Shown here: piece after piece, positions 35,216 to 48,494 of the stretch | How the letters are laid out: the number at the start of each line of letters is the position of its first letter | Numbering within the stretch: the stretch's first letter is position 1 | Assembly: GCA_010093995.1 (NCBI GenBank) | Contig: ML992516.1 | Span: 185,413-249,412 of the forward strand | Direction of reading: 5' to 3' | Length of the DNA stretch: 64,000 nucleotides | DNA from: Elsinoe ampelina | Taxonomy: Eukaryota | Translations under genes and position numbers: made by a program | Notes under the pieces: model-generated | Told to the model about the DNA's origin: nothing | The model's database searches: none | Seen by the model: only the letters and a program-made list of their open reading frames with translations

Positions 35216-36271
35216 TCATTGCAGGGGTGCAATTTCCAAAACTGCCTTGCCAAAGTTCTTACCTGAGAACAGTCCAAGTAGACCCTCGATCGAGTTGTCA
35301 ATACCCTTGGTGATGCTCATTCTTGGCTTATAGGTCCCTTCATGAATCCATTTTTGGACGTTTTTCTGGTGGTCTGCTGCATACTTTGGTCCCATGTTTG
35401 CATCGCTGACGATGAAGCCTCGGATAGTCAACCGCTTGCCGACGACTTGCATGAGGTTCTTGACACCGTAGCTCTGATCAGGCGGCAAGTTGTACTGAGA
35501 GATCATCCCGCAAGCGACGATTCTGCCGAAAGGCTTGAGTGCTGTGATGGCTGCCTCGAGTGTGTCGCCGCCGACGTTCTCGTAGTAGATGTCGATACCA
35601 TCTGGGCTGAGCCTCTTCAGAGCATCACCAGTCTTCTCCTTCTTGTAGTTGAATCCCTCAAAGCCAAGCTCTTCTGTGATGAACTTCAGCTTCTCGTCAT
35701 CACCGACAGACCCAATGACCCTGAGTCCTTCATGCTTTGCGATTTGACCAACAAGCTGACCAACAGCACCAGATGCTGCACTGACAAAGATGACCTCGCC
35801 CTTCTTTGGCTGACCAATGTCGTACAGACTGCTGTAAGCGGTCAACCCCGGCATGCCCAGTGCACCGATGAAGAGCTTTGGGTCGAGGTTGTAGGGGTTG
35901 TCCAATTGCTTGATATCCTTCTCGAGCTTCTCTTTCTGAACCACCTGGTACTCTTCCGTGGTCAACATGTCTCCGACGACTACATCACCCGCCTTGAACT
36001 TTGGATTGTCCGACTTCACAATAGTCGCGATAGCTCGGTTGGTGATGGGTTGACCGATGGTGAATGGTGGGGCGTATGACTTTACCTCCGGAGCTCGTAG
36101 TCGTCCTCGCTGGTACGGGTCAAAGGAGACATAGTTGGTCTTCAGAGTGGCTCCTCCAGATGGTGGTGCTTGGTCGACATCAAATTCGCGGGCTTCGACT
36201 GCTAGATGCTTCCCCGCTTCTGGGAGACCAGTGGGCACTGCCTTGAAGATGAGACCTTTGTTCTGAACCAT
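35216..36271 (-). CDS. NADP-dependent alkenal/double-bond reductase (PGR/LTB4DH-like MDR)
   Basis: SFDPYQRG, LGMPGLTAY, VSAASGAVGQ, GIDIYYENVGG, CGMISQYN, GKNFGK. Likely start MVQNK at 36271. Confidence 0.92.
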   Translation of the reverse strand: MVQNKGLIFKAVPTGLPEAGKHLAVEAREFDVDQAPPSGGATLKTNYVSFDPYQRGRLRAPEVKSYAPPFTIGQPITNRAIATIVKSDNPKFKAGDVVVGDMLTTEEYQVVQKEKLEKDIKQLDNPYNLDPKLFIGALGMPGLTAYSSLYDIGQPKKGEVIFVSAASGAVGQLVGQIAKHEGLRVIGSVGDDEKLKFITEELGFEGFNYKKEKTGDALKRLSPDGIDIYYENVGGDTLEAAITALKPFGRIVACGMISQYNLPPDQSYGVKNLMQVVGKRLTIRGFIVSDANMGPKYAADHQKNVQKWIHEGTYKPRMSITKGIDNSIEGLLGLFSGKNFGKAVLEIAPLQ

Positions 36272-37417
36272 TGTAGTAGTGAGTGATGAGTATGATCGGA
36301 TTGGTAAGCGTGAAAGATTTGTCGGTCTGAAGAGAGGTTTTAAAGACACATGACAACAATTCTGCTTGGAAATGACGAAATACCTGGCCATGGAAAATAT
36401 GCAGAGGGACCCCTCAGTCGGCCGAGAAGAGCTTGTGTGATCACTCAACTGGAATTCAGGCACTACCGATGGATTGACGGATCAATTGAACCATCCGAGC
36501 ACAATCCTACATGTCGCTGTTCAGGCGGAGAAGATGCTCAACAGCTGGCACCTCTTGGGCTTGTCAGCGAGCATGTGTGAAGGCATAAGGATATTCTCCA
36601 TTGCTCATAGGAGTGGCCGGACGTAAGGTATGACAGCATCAACCTCGGCTCGAAAAGCTTGTCTGAACTTCCAAGCCGTGGTGGGGCGCGACTACATTTG
36701 ACCTCGACAGAGTTGTCGGCGGTGGAAGAATCATTTCTCTTGTGCTTTATCTGAACGACATGAGCACTTCTTTTATCTTTATGGTGGCACGTTGTATCCT
36801 TCGCTGTCTTGTTGGGATGGACATCAGCATCAGGACCCACGATGCGGTATGATTCCGCGTAAAAATGTCCTATTTCCGCGTTGAGAAGACGTGCGATGTC
36901 GGGTTTGTAGCATGTTGATATCGCCAGCGGTACGTGCACATTATTCCCTTATCTCGTTCGCGGCCTGTGATGCACCTTTGTTTGAGGTGTCGAACAACGC
37001 TTTCAAGAAACGAAGAAAGGGCGGACAGCTCAAGATGTGGCCATACCGCTCATGCAAGATGGTGAGCATGTCTGCGGCACTAGATGCACGCTCATGCGCG
37101 ATGTCGCTCAACCCCTCAATCATTTGCAGCCTGTCCAGAAACATGCAGCCACATCATTCCTGCCGCCAATTAGCAGCTCATGTCGCGTCTTCAAGGGTCC
37201 GGATCGACAGAGATGGAACCATGTTGAACTCTGCTCGCCTACCCCAGAATTGCTTATCTCTCTAGCTTTGACAGCGGTTCATCTCCGTCGTCTTTGCATG
37301 TACCTATAGAAGGGCCATCTCGAGCTCTTCTTCGTCCCCCTATCGACACAAGAACGAGCTGTTGAAGACCTCAATTGATATCGCTTCGCAAGTAAGCAGC
37401 TAACATACACGCTCACA

Positions 37418-39112
37418 ATGGCATCCAGACGAAAGTCTGTGGAGGATGATGCACAGCTCGCCGCTTTCGGCATCAGTGCCGAACTTCACCGTCAATTCTC
37501 GCCATTGGCTATGCTTGGACTGGCCTTTACCATTCTCAATACATGGACTGCTCTAGCTGGTAGCTTCTCACTCGCTCTGCCTAGTGGTGGATCAGTGTCA
37601 GTCGTCTGGGGGTTTCTCACTGGTGGTATATGCAATTTATGCCTGGCGGCTTCTTTGGCCGAGTTCCTCTCAGCATATCCAACAGCTGGTGGACAATATC
37701 ATTGGGTTGCGATAATTGCACCCGAGAAATGGAGACCTTTACTGTCGTATGTCACGGGCTGGATCAACACTTCTGGATGGATAGCTCTCATCGCCGCTGG
37801 TGGTCTGCTCGGTTCTCAATTCATCTTCGGCATCATATCGCTGCAGAACCCTGACTTTGCCCCTCAGCGATGGCAACAGTTTCTGATCTATTGTGCCTAC
37901 AACCTCTTCTCATTCGTCATCAACGCATTCATGAATTCGTCTCTGCACATATTCAACCAATTCACAATCATTTGGTCCACCGCGGGTTTTGTTATCATTT
38001 GCATCGTGGCACTTGCCACTGCAGCACCAAACTTTAACAGCGCTGATGTGGTATTTCGACTGTTCATCAACGAGACTGGTTGGCCCGATGGAGTCGCATG
38101 GCTGTTGGGATTACTTCAGGGTGGATTGGCCTTGACTGCCTTCGTGTGTACATCCGCGGCTCTTGTAATGACATTGCTGACCATGACCAGGATTCTGTTG
38201 CACACATGATTGAGGAGATCCCGAATGCCGCCATCGAAGGTCCCAAGATCATGGTCTATGCGGTTGCATTTGGTCTGGCCACCGGCTTCGTCTTCTTGAT
38301 ATGCATGCTCTTTGCCGCAGGTAACCTGGACGATGTCATCACTTCACCCTATGGGCCACTTCTTCAGATCCTGTACAATGCAACCAACTCGAGGGCTGGA
38401 TCAATCTGTCTACTGATATTTCCATTGGCATGCCTTCTCTTTGCCAACACATCTGTACAGACCGCAGCTACAAGGATGACCTGGGCTTTTGCCCGAGATA
38501 GAGCACTACCTGCCTCTCACTTCTTTGCGAAGGTGCATCCGAAGCTGGGAGTACCCCTGAATGCTTGCATTTTGGGCAGTGTCATTGTCACAGTATTCGG
38601 CTTGATCCTGATCGGTAGCAGCAGTGCCTTCAACGCAATCATCAGCGCGTAAGTCCCTCCCTCCCTCCTCTCGTAATGCATTTGGCTGACACGACTTCAG
38701 CTCTGTTGTCGCTCTAGGAGTGTCTTATGGCATCCCGATTGCTGTGAATGTAGCTTATGGCAGGAAAGCCCTACCTAAGTCTCGCCATTTCATCCTTCCA
38801 GAACCACTTGGCTGGATTTGCAACTTACTCGGCCTGGCCTATGTCATCGTCACCACGGTCCTGTTCCTGTTCCCACCTATTCTACCGGTGACAGGCAGCA
38901 GCATGAATTACTGCATAGTCGCATTTGGCATCATCCTGATTGTCGCGGTAGTTCAATGGTTTGTCGACGGGCGGAAGAACTACACAGGTCCAAAAATGGA
39001 TCTTGATCATAATGTGCTGGTGGCACCGAGGACCAATGATGAGGCCGCTGGTCAGAGCGAGTACTACAGTAACGCGAAAGAGGCAGAAGTCGAAGCCGAC
39101 TCAAAAGTGTGA
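37418..39112 (+). CDS. APC-family amino acid/choline/GABA permease
   Basis: LAEFLSAYPTAGGQYHWV, DSVAHMIEE, RMTWAFARD, MNYC. Introns 38144-38190 and 38649-38700. Confidence 0.92.
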
Positions 39113-39351
39113 TACAGACTAGTAGAATGTGCAGTCAATCCACAGAATGAATTGAATCATTTCTACAAACATTCTTTGTTAGTCATTGTTGTTATCTACG
39201 GATTCGTGAAGCTATAGCCCTTATCTCACCCCCGCTTTCACGCATGCGGCTACAACGGACACCACCAACTCCCACAAATCCTATACCAAGCGAATTAATC
39301 CATACAGCATGTTCGATTAGCTCAAGAACATCACAACAAAACATAGCCAAG

Positions 39352-41285
39352 ATGCAATTGGCCCCAAGAGAAGTGCGCGATGGCTCAATGCTTAACCCTG
39401 CACCTCCCCGCTGACCAATACCAAACAGCTCGACAAACTCGTCATATCCCAGCTCGGCCTGCTCGCCCAACGCCGTCTCGCCCGCGGCGTCAAGCTCAAC
39501 CATGCAGAAGCACTCGTTCGCCCCTCCCTCCCCTGCTCCCACCGCCCACTAACCCCCGCAGGCTCTCATCGCCAACAACCTCCACGAAGTCCGTCCCTTC
39601 TCCCCCGTCGCCTCCCTTTCCCTCCCCTCTCCCTTCCTCCCCTGCGTATCTGACCCCCTCCCCAGCTCATCCGCGATGGCACCCACTCGGTCGCCACCCT
39701 CATGTCGCTCGGCCGCACCATGCTCGGCCGATCCCACGTGCTCCCCAGCGTCGTCGCCTCGCTCACCGAGCTCCAAGTCGAAGGCACCTTCACCACCGGC
39801 ACCTACCTCGTGACCGTACACAACCCCATCGCCACTGACCACGGCGACCTCAGCCGTGCGCTGTACGGTAGTTTCCTGCCCATCCCGGACGCGGGGCTGT
39901 TCACCCTCCCGGATGCGGAGGCGTATGAGCCCCAACGGCAGCCCGGGGCGGTGGTCGTGGTCAAGGGGAAGGAGGGGAGGGTGGTGCTTAATGAGGGGAG
40001 GAGGAGGGTGAGGTTGAGGGTGGTGAGTAAGGGGGATAGACCGGTGCAGGTGGGGTCGCATTATCATTTTGTGGAAGTCAATCCGCAATTGGAGTTTGAT
40101 CGGGTGAGGGCGAGGGGGTATAGGTTGGATATTCCCGCGGGGACGTCGGTGAGGTTTGAGCCGGGGGATGCGAAGACGGTGACGTTGGTGGAGATTGCGG
40201 GGAGCCAGGTGGTGAGGGGCGGGAATGGGTTAGGGAATGGGAGGTTGGGGGAGGCGTTTGATGAGGAGGCTTTCATGGGGAGATTGAGGGATGGCGGTTT
40301 TGGGCATGTCCCTGAGCCTGCAGGCGATGGGGGGAAGATTGATTGGTTTTCGATGGAGAGGGAGGCGTATGTGAGTATGTTTGGGCCGACGACAGGGGAT
40401 CTGGTGAGGCTTGGGGCGACGGAATTGTGGATCAAGGTTGAAAAGGACTTTGCGAGGTATGGAGATGAGTGTACATTTGGTGGTGGCAAGACTGTGAGAG
40501 ATGGGATGGGCCAAGCAAGTGGGAGGGCAGATAAGGATTCTCTGGACACGGTGATCACGAACGCACTTGTGGTGGACTATACCGGGATCGTCAAGGGAGA
40601 TATTGGTATCAAGGATGGTCTTATTGTGGGCATCGGCAAGGCAGGCAACCCGGATGTGATGGAAGGAGTTCATCCAGACTTGGTCGTGGGATCCATGACT
40701 GACGTGGTGGCTGGCGAGGGTAGCATTGTCACTTACGGAGGATTTGACAGCCACATTCACTTCATCTGTCCACAACAAGCCAACGAAGCTATCGCATCCG
40801 GCATCACTACCTTCCTTGGAGGTGGTACAGGACCGACCACAGGTACCAACGCCACGACTTGCACAGCCAGCACCGACATCATCAAGAAGATGCTTCAAGC
40901 CATTGATCATCTCCCTCTCAACATTGGCATCACAGGCAAAGGTAACGACAGCGACACCGGTCCACTCCACGAGCAAGTCGCCGCCGGCGTCTGCGGTCTC
41001 AAGCTACACGAAGATTGGGGCACCACCCCATCCGCCATCGACAGCTGCCTCACCGTCTGCGACGCCGAAGATGTCCAATGCCTCATCCACACCGACACCC
41101 TGAACGAATCCGGCTTCGTCGAAACCACCGTCGCCGCATTCAGGAACCGCACCATCCACACCTACCACACCGAAGGCGCCGGAGGAGGCCACGCACCCGA
41201 CATCATCTCGGTCGTCGAACACGCCAACGTCCTCCCATCCTCCACCAACCCCACCCGTCCCTACACCCGCAACACCCTCGACGAA

Positions 41286-41317
<32 letters not shown>

Positions 41318-42100
41318 GTCGCGCAACATCCCCGAAGACGTCGCCTTTGCCGAATCGCGCATCCGCGCCGAGACCATCGCAGCCGAAGACGTCCTCCACG
41401 ACCTCGGCGCCATCAGCATGATGTCCTCGGACAGCCAGGCCATGGGCCGCTGCGGCGAGGTGATCCTGCGCACCTGGCACACGGCGCACAAGAATAAAGT
41501 CCAGCGGGGGTTCTTGCCGGAAGACGAGGGTACAGGCGCGGATAATTACCGTGTCAAGCGGTACGTGAGCAAGTACACCATCAACCCGGCAATCGCGCAA
41601 GGGATGAGCCACCTGATTGGCAGCGTGGAGAAAGGCAAGCTCGCGGATCTCGTGGTGTGGAAGCCGGCGGACTTTGGGACCAAGCCAAAGCTGGTCATCA
41701 AGGGTGGGATGGTGGCGTGGGCGCAGATGGGGGATCCGAATGCGTCGATCCCGACAGTGGAGCCGGTGGTTATGAGGCCGATGTTTGGGGCTATGGTGCC
41801 GAGTACGGGGATTACGTTTGTGTCGAGGAGGGCGAAGGAGGAGGGGGTTGGGGAGAGGTATGGGTTGAGGAAGAGGGTGGAGGCGGTCAAGGGGTGTAGG
41901 ACGGTGGGGAAGGCAGATATGAAGTTTAATGATAAAAGACCGAAGATGAAGGTGGATGCGGAGAGTTATGTGAGTATTCGTGGTGAGAAGGGAAAGGGGG
42001 ATTTGCTAACGAGTGATAGACTGTGCATGCTGATGGGATGCTTTGTGAGGCGGAGCCAGCGACGAGCTTGCCGCTGGCTCAGCAGTACTTTGTGTACTAG
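39352..42100 (+). CDS. URE1: Urease (fused gamma-beta-alpha type)
   Basis: [69 protein letters not shown]. Introns 39373-39428, 39516-39561, 39589-39665, 41970-42019. Confidence 0.98.
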
Positions 42101-43279
42101 CGAAAAGGAAATAGGAGAGAGATATGGTCACCTACCTGATTTGCGAGATCTTGTCGGCCATACAGCTGTGATGGCAAAGCTGGGGGAAGCAGAAGTGAGA
42201 TCATGCGAGCATGTAGTGCTATTTGCAAGAATATTCATGCAATCCGTCCATGTTCCGCTTGCTCCGTGGCCAAGCTTGTGAGGCTGTCAATGTGCTGTCA
42301 TGCTGCAGTCAATCGAGGTTCGTGATGTTGACAAAACATTGTTGAAGCCTTAGTGGACCGCACCCCATGGGGACGGGGGACGACCCACCGATCTGTAATA
42401 GCGGAGCGAGGTAGGGCTCGAAAAGGTTGTGAACATGCATGATGGTGTCGCCTGTATGTTCGTGGCCACAAGCTCATATCGGTGTATTACCCAGAAAGGA
42501 TTCGCTACTGCACACTTGCACAATGGAGGGAACGACAACGAGTATTCCCCTGCCGGAAAAGACCATGACTAACATCGCGTTCAGTAGGTACTTGTGCATC
42601 TTGCACTATACATCGCGACTGTTCGATCGTCGTTCCAAATCGCGTGCGTGCCGTTGTCTTCTGCCACTGTTCACGCAGCGGTTGTGCATCGGCTATCAGT
42701 AATGAATAACCTCGGTCAAGTGCCGTTCATGAGTAGCGGTTGTGGGATGCTTTGTAATGCAAGGCACCTCAGAGGGAACCACAAGTGCCGATCTTGTACC
42801 CCACCATCACCGGGTCGAGACCATAATCAAGGTCTGGGCGCTCATCATTCGTTCAGTAAACACTGTGGCTTTTTCGATCTTGCGGTAGGTGAAGACGGTA
42901 TGTTCTTGGGCTTTCTGTATGTTGTGAATAGAGGCCTTTCGATGTTGCTGTCTCATTCAGTGCGTTGTAAGATGCCAATACAAACGGTCAGATCTGAGCG
43001 GGGAGAGCAGTAAGACCAACGGTGAAGGAGCTCCAAAGCTCGCGCAGGGGACATCATCTGGCGGGGCAGAGGGGGCTGCATGGACCAGTGAGGGGCTCCC
43101 ACATTGTCCCGGAACTCACTCCAAAATGCGTGGCAACCAAGAGCTAGCCTGACCCTGCGCTGGATTGACCGCTGGTACAAAGATCACCTGCCGTCCTGTT
43201 TCTTTGCCGGAGTCCATCTTTTCCCCGTGTACCCCTACTCCCACCCACCATATACCAATCGCAAACACGAGAACCCAAA

Positions 43280-44775
43280 ATGTCTCCAGGCAAGGTCTCC
43301 AACATCGAGTGGGACAAGTTCTACAACATTGTTGATGGCAAGAACCGCAGTGGTGACAAGTTCCACCAGGGTGTGAACCCAATCAACAAGCAGAAGAACG
43401 CCGATGTGCCCATCGCTACCCAGCAGGATGTCGACGATGCCGTCGAGGCCGGAAACAAGGCTTTCAAGAGCTGGTCGCAGACACCAATCGAGAAGAGGAA
43501 GGAGTACCTCATGCAGTACTGCGAGGTATGGGGACAATACGTCGACGAGATGACCGATCTCCTCGTCAAGGAGACTGGCAAGCCCCGAAACTACGCTGCC
43601 TTTGAGGTCAGGGGTATTCCTCTCTGGTTCCACCACCACGACAAGCTCGATTTGCCCACAGAGACTGTCGAGGACGATGAGAAGGTCATCACGACCAGGT
43701 ATAAGCCCCTCGGTGTGGTCGGTGCCATCTGCCCCTGGAACTTCCCTCTTATTTTGTCCATGGGCAAGGTCATCCCAGCTGTTCTCACTGGGTGCACAAT
43801 CATCGTCAAGCCTTCTCCCTTCACCCCCTACACCGCTCTCAAGGCCATCGAGATCGCACAGCAGGTCTTCCCACCTGGAGTCATCCAGGCTCTTGGTGGT
43901 GACGACCGCCTCGGCCCCATGATGACTGCTCACCCAGGCATTGCAAAGATCTCCTTCACTGGTTCCATCGCCACTGGCAAGAAGATCATGGCCGCTTGCG
44001 CCAGCACCCTCAAGCGTGTCACTCTTGAGCTCGGTGGTAACGACGCCTCTATCGTCTTCCCCGATGTTGACGTCGAGAAAGTCGCCCCTGAGCTCGTTCT
44101 CGGCGCCTTCCAGAACTCCGGACAGGTCTGCGTCGCCACCAAGCGTATCTACATCCACCAGGACATCTACCAGAAGACCCTCGACGCCATGGCAGCGTTC
44201 GCCAAGACGCTCAAGGTCGGCAACCCCGACGATGCTGGCACCCAGATCGGCCCAGTCCAGAACGAGATGCAGTACGACCGCGTCAAGGGCTTCTTCGAGG
44301 ATGCGAAGAAGAACGGCTACAAGATCGTTGCTGGTGTCGACACAGTCGAGGAGAGCAAGGGCTTCTTCATCACCCCTACTATCATCGACAACCCGCCCAA
44401 TGGATCCAGGATCATCGAGGAGGAGCCTTTCGGCCCGATCGTTCCAACCCAGCCCTGGTCGGATCTCGAGGAGGTCATCGAGCGTGCCAATCGCACCAAC
44501 ACAGGTCTCGGTGCTTGCGTGTGGAGCAAGGATGTCAAGAAGGCCGAGGAGGTCGCTCAGAGGCTCGAGGCTGGTTCAGTCTTTGTTAACTCGTGGGAGA
44601 AGCCAACGCCGCAAGCTATATTTTCCGGGGTTAAGGAGTCGGGAAAGTTCTACCCCTGCCATGTTCTATACAACGGAATACTAATTTTTTCTCAGGTATT
44701 GGTGGTGAATGGGGCACTCAAGGTCTCCTCGCTTACTGCAACGCCCATGCGACTCACGTCTACAAGCAGAAGTAA
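43280..44775 (+). CDS. Aldehyde dehydrogenase
   Basis: PWNFP, KPSP, FTGSIATG, LELGGND, NSGQVC, EEPFGP. The terminal exon GIGGEWG...YCN needs intron 44643-44695 with a GA donor. Confidence 0.93.
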
Positions 44776-45400
44776 ATTTCATGATCAGAAGAAGGAGGCT
44801 CGTCGATTACCTACAGGTAGAATTGAAGATATCCAATATTTCGACCATTCCATGTGCAACAGAAAATTGTCTGTATCATTGAAGTCCTCATCCAAAGCTT
44901 TCGCTTGTCCGGCACATGCACGTAAATAAAGACGAATCACCGCTGTACATCACCGAGCTCTCACCAGAGGGTACAAGAGTCTTTGCTGCTGGCATAGCTA
45001 CTATCACCAGGCCGGAAAGACAATCCAGATGAGGTTTTGGGTTATGATACACGGAGCGCGACGACTACATGCGAGGCATGTTACACGCAACGAAAGCCGC
45101 TTCTGAAAGGCGGATACAAGTGGGCCGCCTTGTGATATACCGATTCGATGAAGACATTGCAGGAGGAGGAAAGGAGAGTGATTAAAAGACAAAGGCGTGA
45201 AGTGGAGCTCCTGCTTCGGAGTTCGGAATTTGGTGACGCTTCGGGAAGGTCACCGACCAGGGCAACCTTGGAGAGGAGAAGCATAACTTGATGCGTAAGC
45301 GTGCTCGACGAGTTGCCCTACTGTAGCGACATCAAGGTAAGGTGTCTGATCCTTGAATCTTCTACCGTCCCTTCACACATATCCTCACCGACTGCCCGCC

Positions 45401-46721
45401 ATGACAGCACACATTGATGTAAAGGCAATCCGCCAGCGCTTCCCCGCTCTTGATAAGGAGCAGGTCTATTTCGACAATGCAGGAGGGAGTCAGATTCTAG
45501 CAGATGTTGCAGAAGCGTAAGCACTTCAACACTTCCTGCATGGTCACCTGCTAACCCAAAAGCGTCTCCAAATACCTCCTCACCACCAACGTCCAACTCG
45601 GCGCCTCCTACCCCATCGGCCAACTCTCCACCACCTCGTACAGCACCGGCTACCAACTCGCAGCATCCTACATCAACGCCACCCCCAACGAAATCGTCTT
45701 CGGCCCCTCCACAACCCAACTCTTCCGCAACCTCTCCCAATCCCTCTACAACCACCTCACGCCCGGCTCCGAAATCATCCTCTCCACCCTCGACCACGAA
45801 GCCAACCTCGCCTCCTGGGTGCACCTCGCCACCCTCCGCTCCCTCTCCATCAAATGGTGGCGGCCCTCCTCCCCGGGCACCAACCCCCACCTCACCCCCT
45901 CCGACCTCCGCCCCCTCCTGTCCGGCAAAACCAAACTCGTAGCCTGCACCCACACCTCCAACATCTTGGGCAGCATCACGCCCGTCCGCGCCATCGCCGA
46001 CCTCGTGCACACCTTCCCCCACGCCCTCCTCTGCGTCGACGCCGTAGCCTACGCCCCCCACCGCGAAGTCGACGTGCGGGCGCTCGGGGTCGATTTCTAC
46101 GCTTTCAGCTGGTATAAAGTCTACGGGCCGCATATCGCCATGTTGTACGCCAGTCCGGCGGGGCAGAAGGCGATGACGACGTTGGGGCATTTCTTCAAGG
46201 GGAGCGAGACGTTGGAGGATAAGCTCGGGTTGGCGGCGGCGAGTTATGAGCTGGTCGCGGGGGTGAGGCCGGTGGTTGGGTATTTGCAGGGGTTGGGAGG
46301 GGGAAGGGAGGTGGGGGAGACGGTGGATAGGGAGGCGCTGGGGAGGGCGTGGGAGAAGATCGCGGCCCATGAGGAGGTGTTGCAGGGGATGGTGGTGGAG
46401 TATTTGAATAGTAAGCCGCATGGGAAGGAGGTCACGATTTGGGGGGAACCGGTGAAGGATAGGGAGAAGAGGGTGCCGGTGATTAGCTTTACGGTCAAGG
46501 GGTGGGGGAGCAAGGATCTGGTCATGGCGGTGCAGGAGAAGAGTCAAGGGAGGCTGGGGTTCAGGTGGGGGAGCTTCTATAGCAATCGGTTGGTAGGGGA
46601 TGTGCTGGGGCTGGAGGATGTGAACGATGGGATTGTGAGGATGAGTTTGGTGCATTATAACAGCGAGGATGAGGTGAAGGAGTGGGTGAAGACTCTGGAC
46701 GAGGTACTAAAGTCCTCTTGA
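45401..46721 (+). CDS. Class V PLP-dependent enzyme (cysteine desulfurase-like)
   Basis: RFPAL..VYFDNAGGSQ. Intron 45517-45562 (AAG acceptor). FGPSTTQL, DHEAN, SNILG, VDAVAYAPH, FSWYKVYGPH, RMSLVHYN. Confidence 0.9.
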
Positions 46722-46790
46722 GTGGCAGCAGGATGACATAACGATCGATACATGATCGATTGATGATTGGCATTACTCGTATACATGTAC

Positions 46791-48212
46791 TTAGAGATAA
46801 ACCCTCTTTGCCTCTCGAGGATTTGACTCGTTTGGGCAGTAGCTGCACTTGAATCTGTGTCGTGTTAGTATTGGTACAGCAAGCAAGCTTCGGGACTTAC
46901 TTTGCACCACGACTGACCCTCTCCAACGACTCCTTTGCAATTACATGGCCACATGGCATCATCATGGGCGGGTTCTCATCCGTCCCTTGTTCCTTGCTGA
47001 CAGGACAGACGAAGATCGAATGAAACAGGTATGCAGGAGGAAGCGGTATCTCGACAGGAAGCTCATTAGCGCTGGTCCACTGTCCACCAACCTCCCCCAT
47101 GACCCGCTCCAGCTTCTCCAAGGTAGGCAACGCAATACCGCCGGCTGTGACTGCCGTATACAGCGGGCTCTTCTCACTCAAGCCGAGCAGGCCACAGAAT
47201 TCCCGGGTAAAGTTGTTCGCAACATCCTCGAAGACATCGGAATCACAGAACGTCTTCCTGTACGGCGAAGACTGTATCGCGGGTGCGTATGCCAAAGAAG
47301 TCGCCAGTGATGCCGTTTCCTTGAAGTATCGCCGTGAGAAGCCAGGGAATACTTTACGGGCATACTCCAGAGCCCGTAGAGGTCCAGAGCCATCATTGGC
47401 TAACCCACCGTATGCATCATCCCTGCCTCCGTGATAAAGCTCCACGAACCGTAATCGACAGAGCTCAAACTCCAAGTTCGACCCTCGTGCTTCCAGTGCG
47501 TCGCTATTTTGTTTCGCCCATGCTATGGCTGGCTCCAGAGTGTTGTCCACGCGAAGAGCATGTAAAATCCTGTACATCTCGGCGAACTTGCTCTGTAGAT
47601 CGGGAACGTCCCCATCGTCGTCCATATCCTCGTCAGAGTCGTACTCCTCCAAGCCTGTTCTACGGAGGCCCCTAAGGTTCCAGAACCTGCTCTTATCTTC
47701 TGCTGTCATGAGATCTGCATGCTCGCTTGCCTCGTCGACAAATGTCGAGGCCACATCGAAAAGTCCTTCTCGTAACAGATGCATCCCAATTGCTCGATTC
47801 GTGAGGTGCGTGTGGGTTGCGATCGGGTCCAGCGAGGTTTGAGGCGCTTTGAGCGGCTTGAACTTCTAGTAGTATGTTAGGAGCATTCGCGAAGTGTGAG
47901 GGTGCCTTTCTGACCTTGTCCAGCTGCTTGCCATAATTCGTGATCGAGGTGTGTAGTTCCTTTGCATCCTTGTTCAAGCTGTCGAAGTTGCCCTTGATGT
48001 TGCTTTTGAGCTTGGTGAGAGCAATGGCTGGCTCGGACTCTCCTTGTAATTAATCAGCAAAAGCATATCAACACCTTGTGGTCCAACGAACCACCTGCTA
48101 TATCATCTCTAGTCTTGGTCAAGAGATCAATCATGGCCTGGACGTCGTCGATGGTCTTTTCCAGCCCATTCTGCCGCTCCCACTTTCTTTGCGAGGCTAT
48201 AAGACCTTCCAT
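46791..48212 (-). CDS. RMD5: GID/CTLH complex RING subunit Rmd5/Gid2
   Basis: LisH-like AIGMHLLREG, CTLH SNLEFELCRL, FHSIFVCPVSKEQ..NPPMMMPCGHV..FKCSYCP. Three introns at approximately 48043-48094, 47866-47914 and 46855-46900. Confidence 0.9.
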
Positions 48213-48494
48213 AACTGAGAATGCCCACCCAGCGTGGTGATCAAAGACTCAGACAATAACGAGAGAGCCGATAGCGGCGATGTAGGTATACAGATCCACC
48301 TCAGCGTGACAACGGGGGAAAGTCGGCCGAGTCATGTGGGGTAGCTCAGCATGTGCTCGCTCATTTGGACCACATCTTGATGTGAGACACATGTCGTCCT
48401 TCACGTCGATCTTCATGAGCCTCTGCCCATTCATCAAATTCTGACGCGACATTCCTCTAGAACATGAGATCAGGGTCAATATCACACCATCTGC

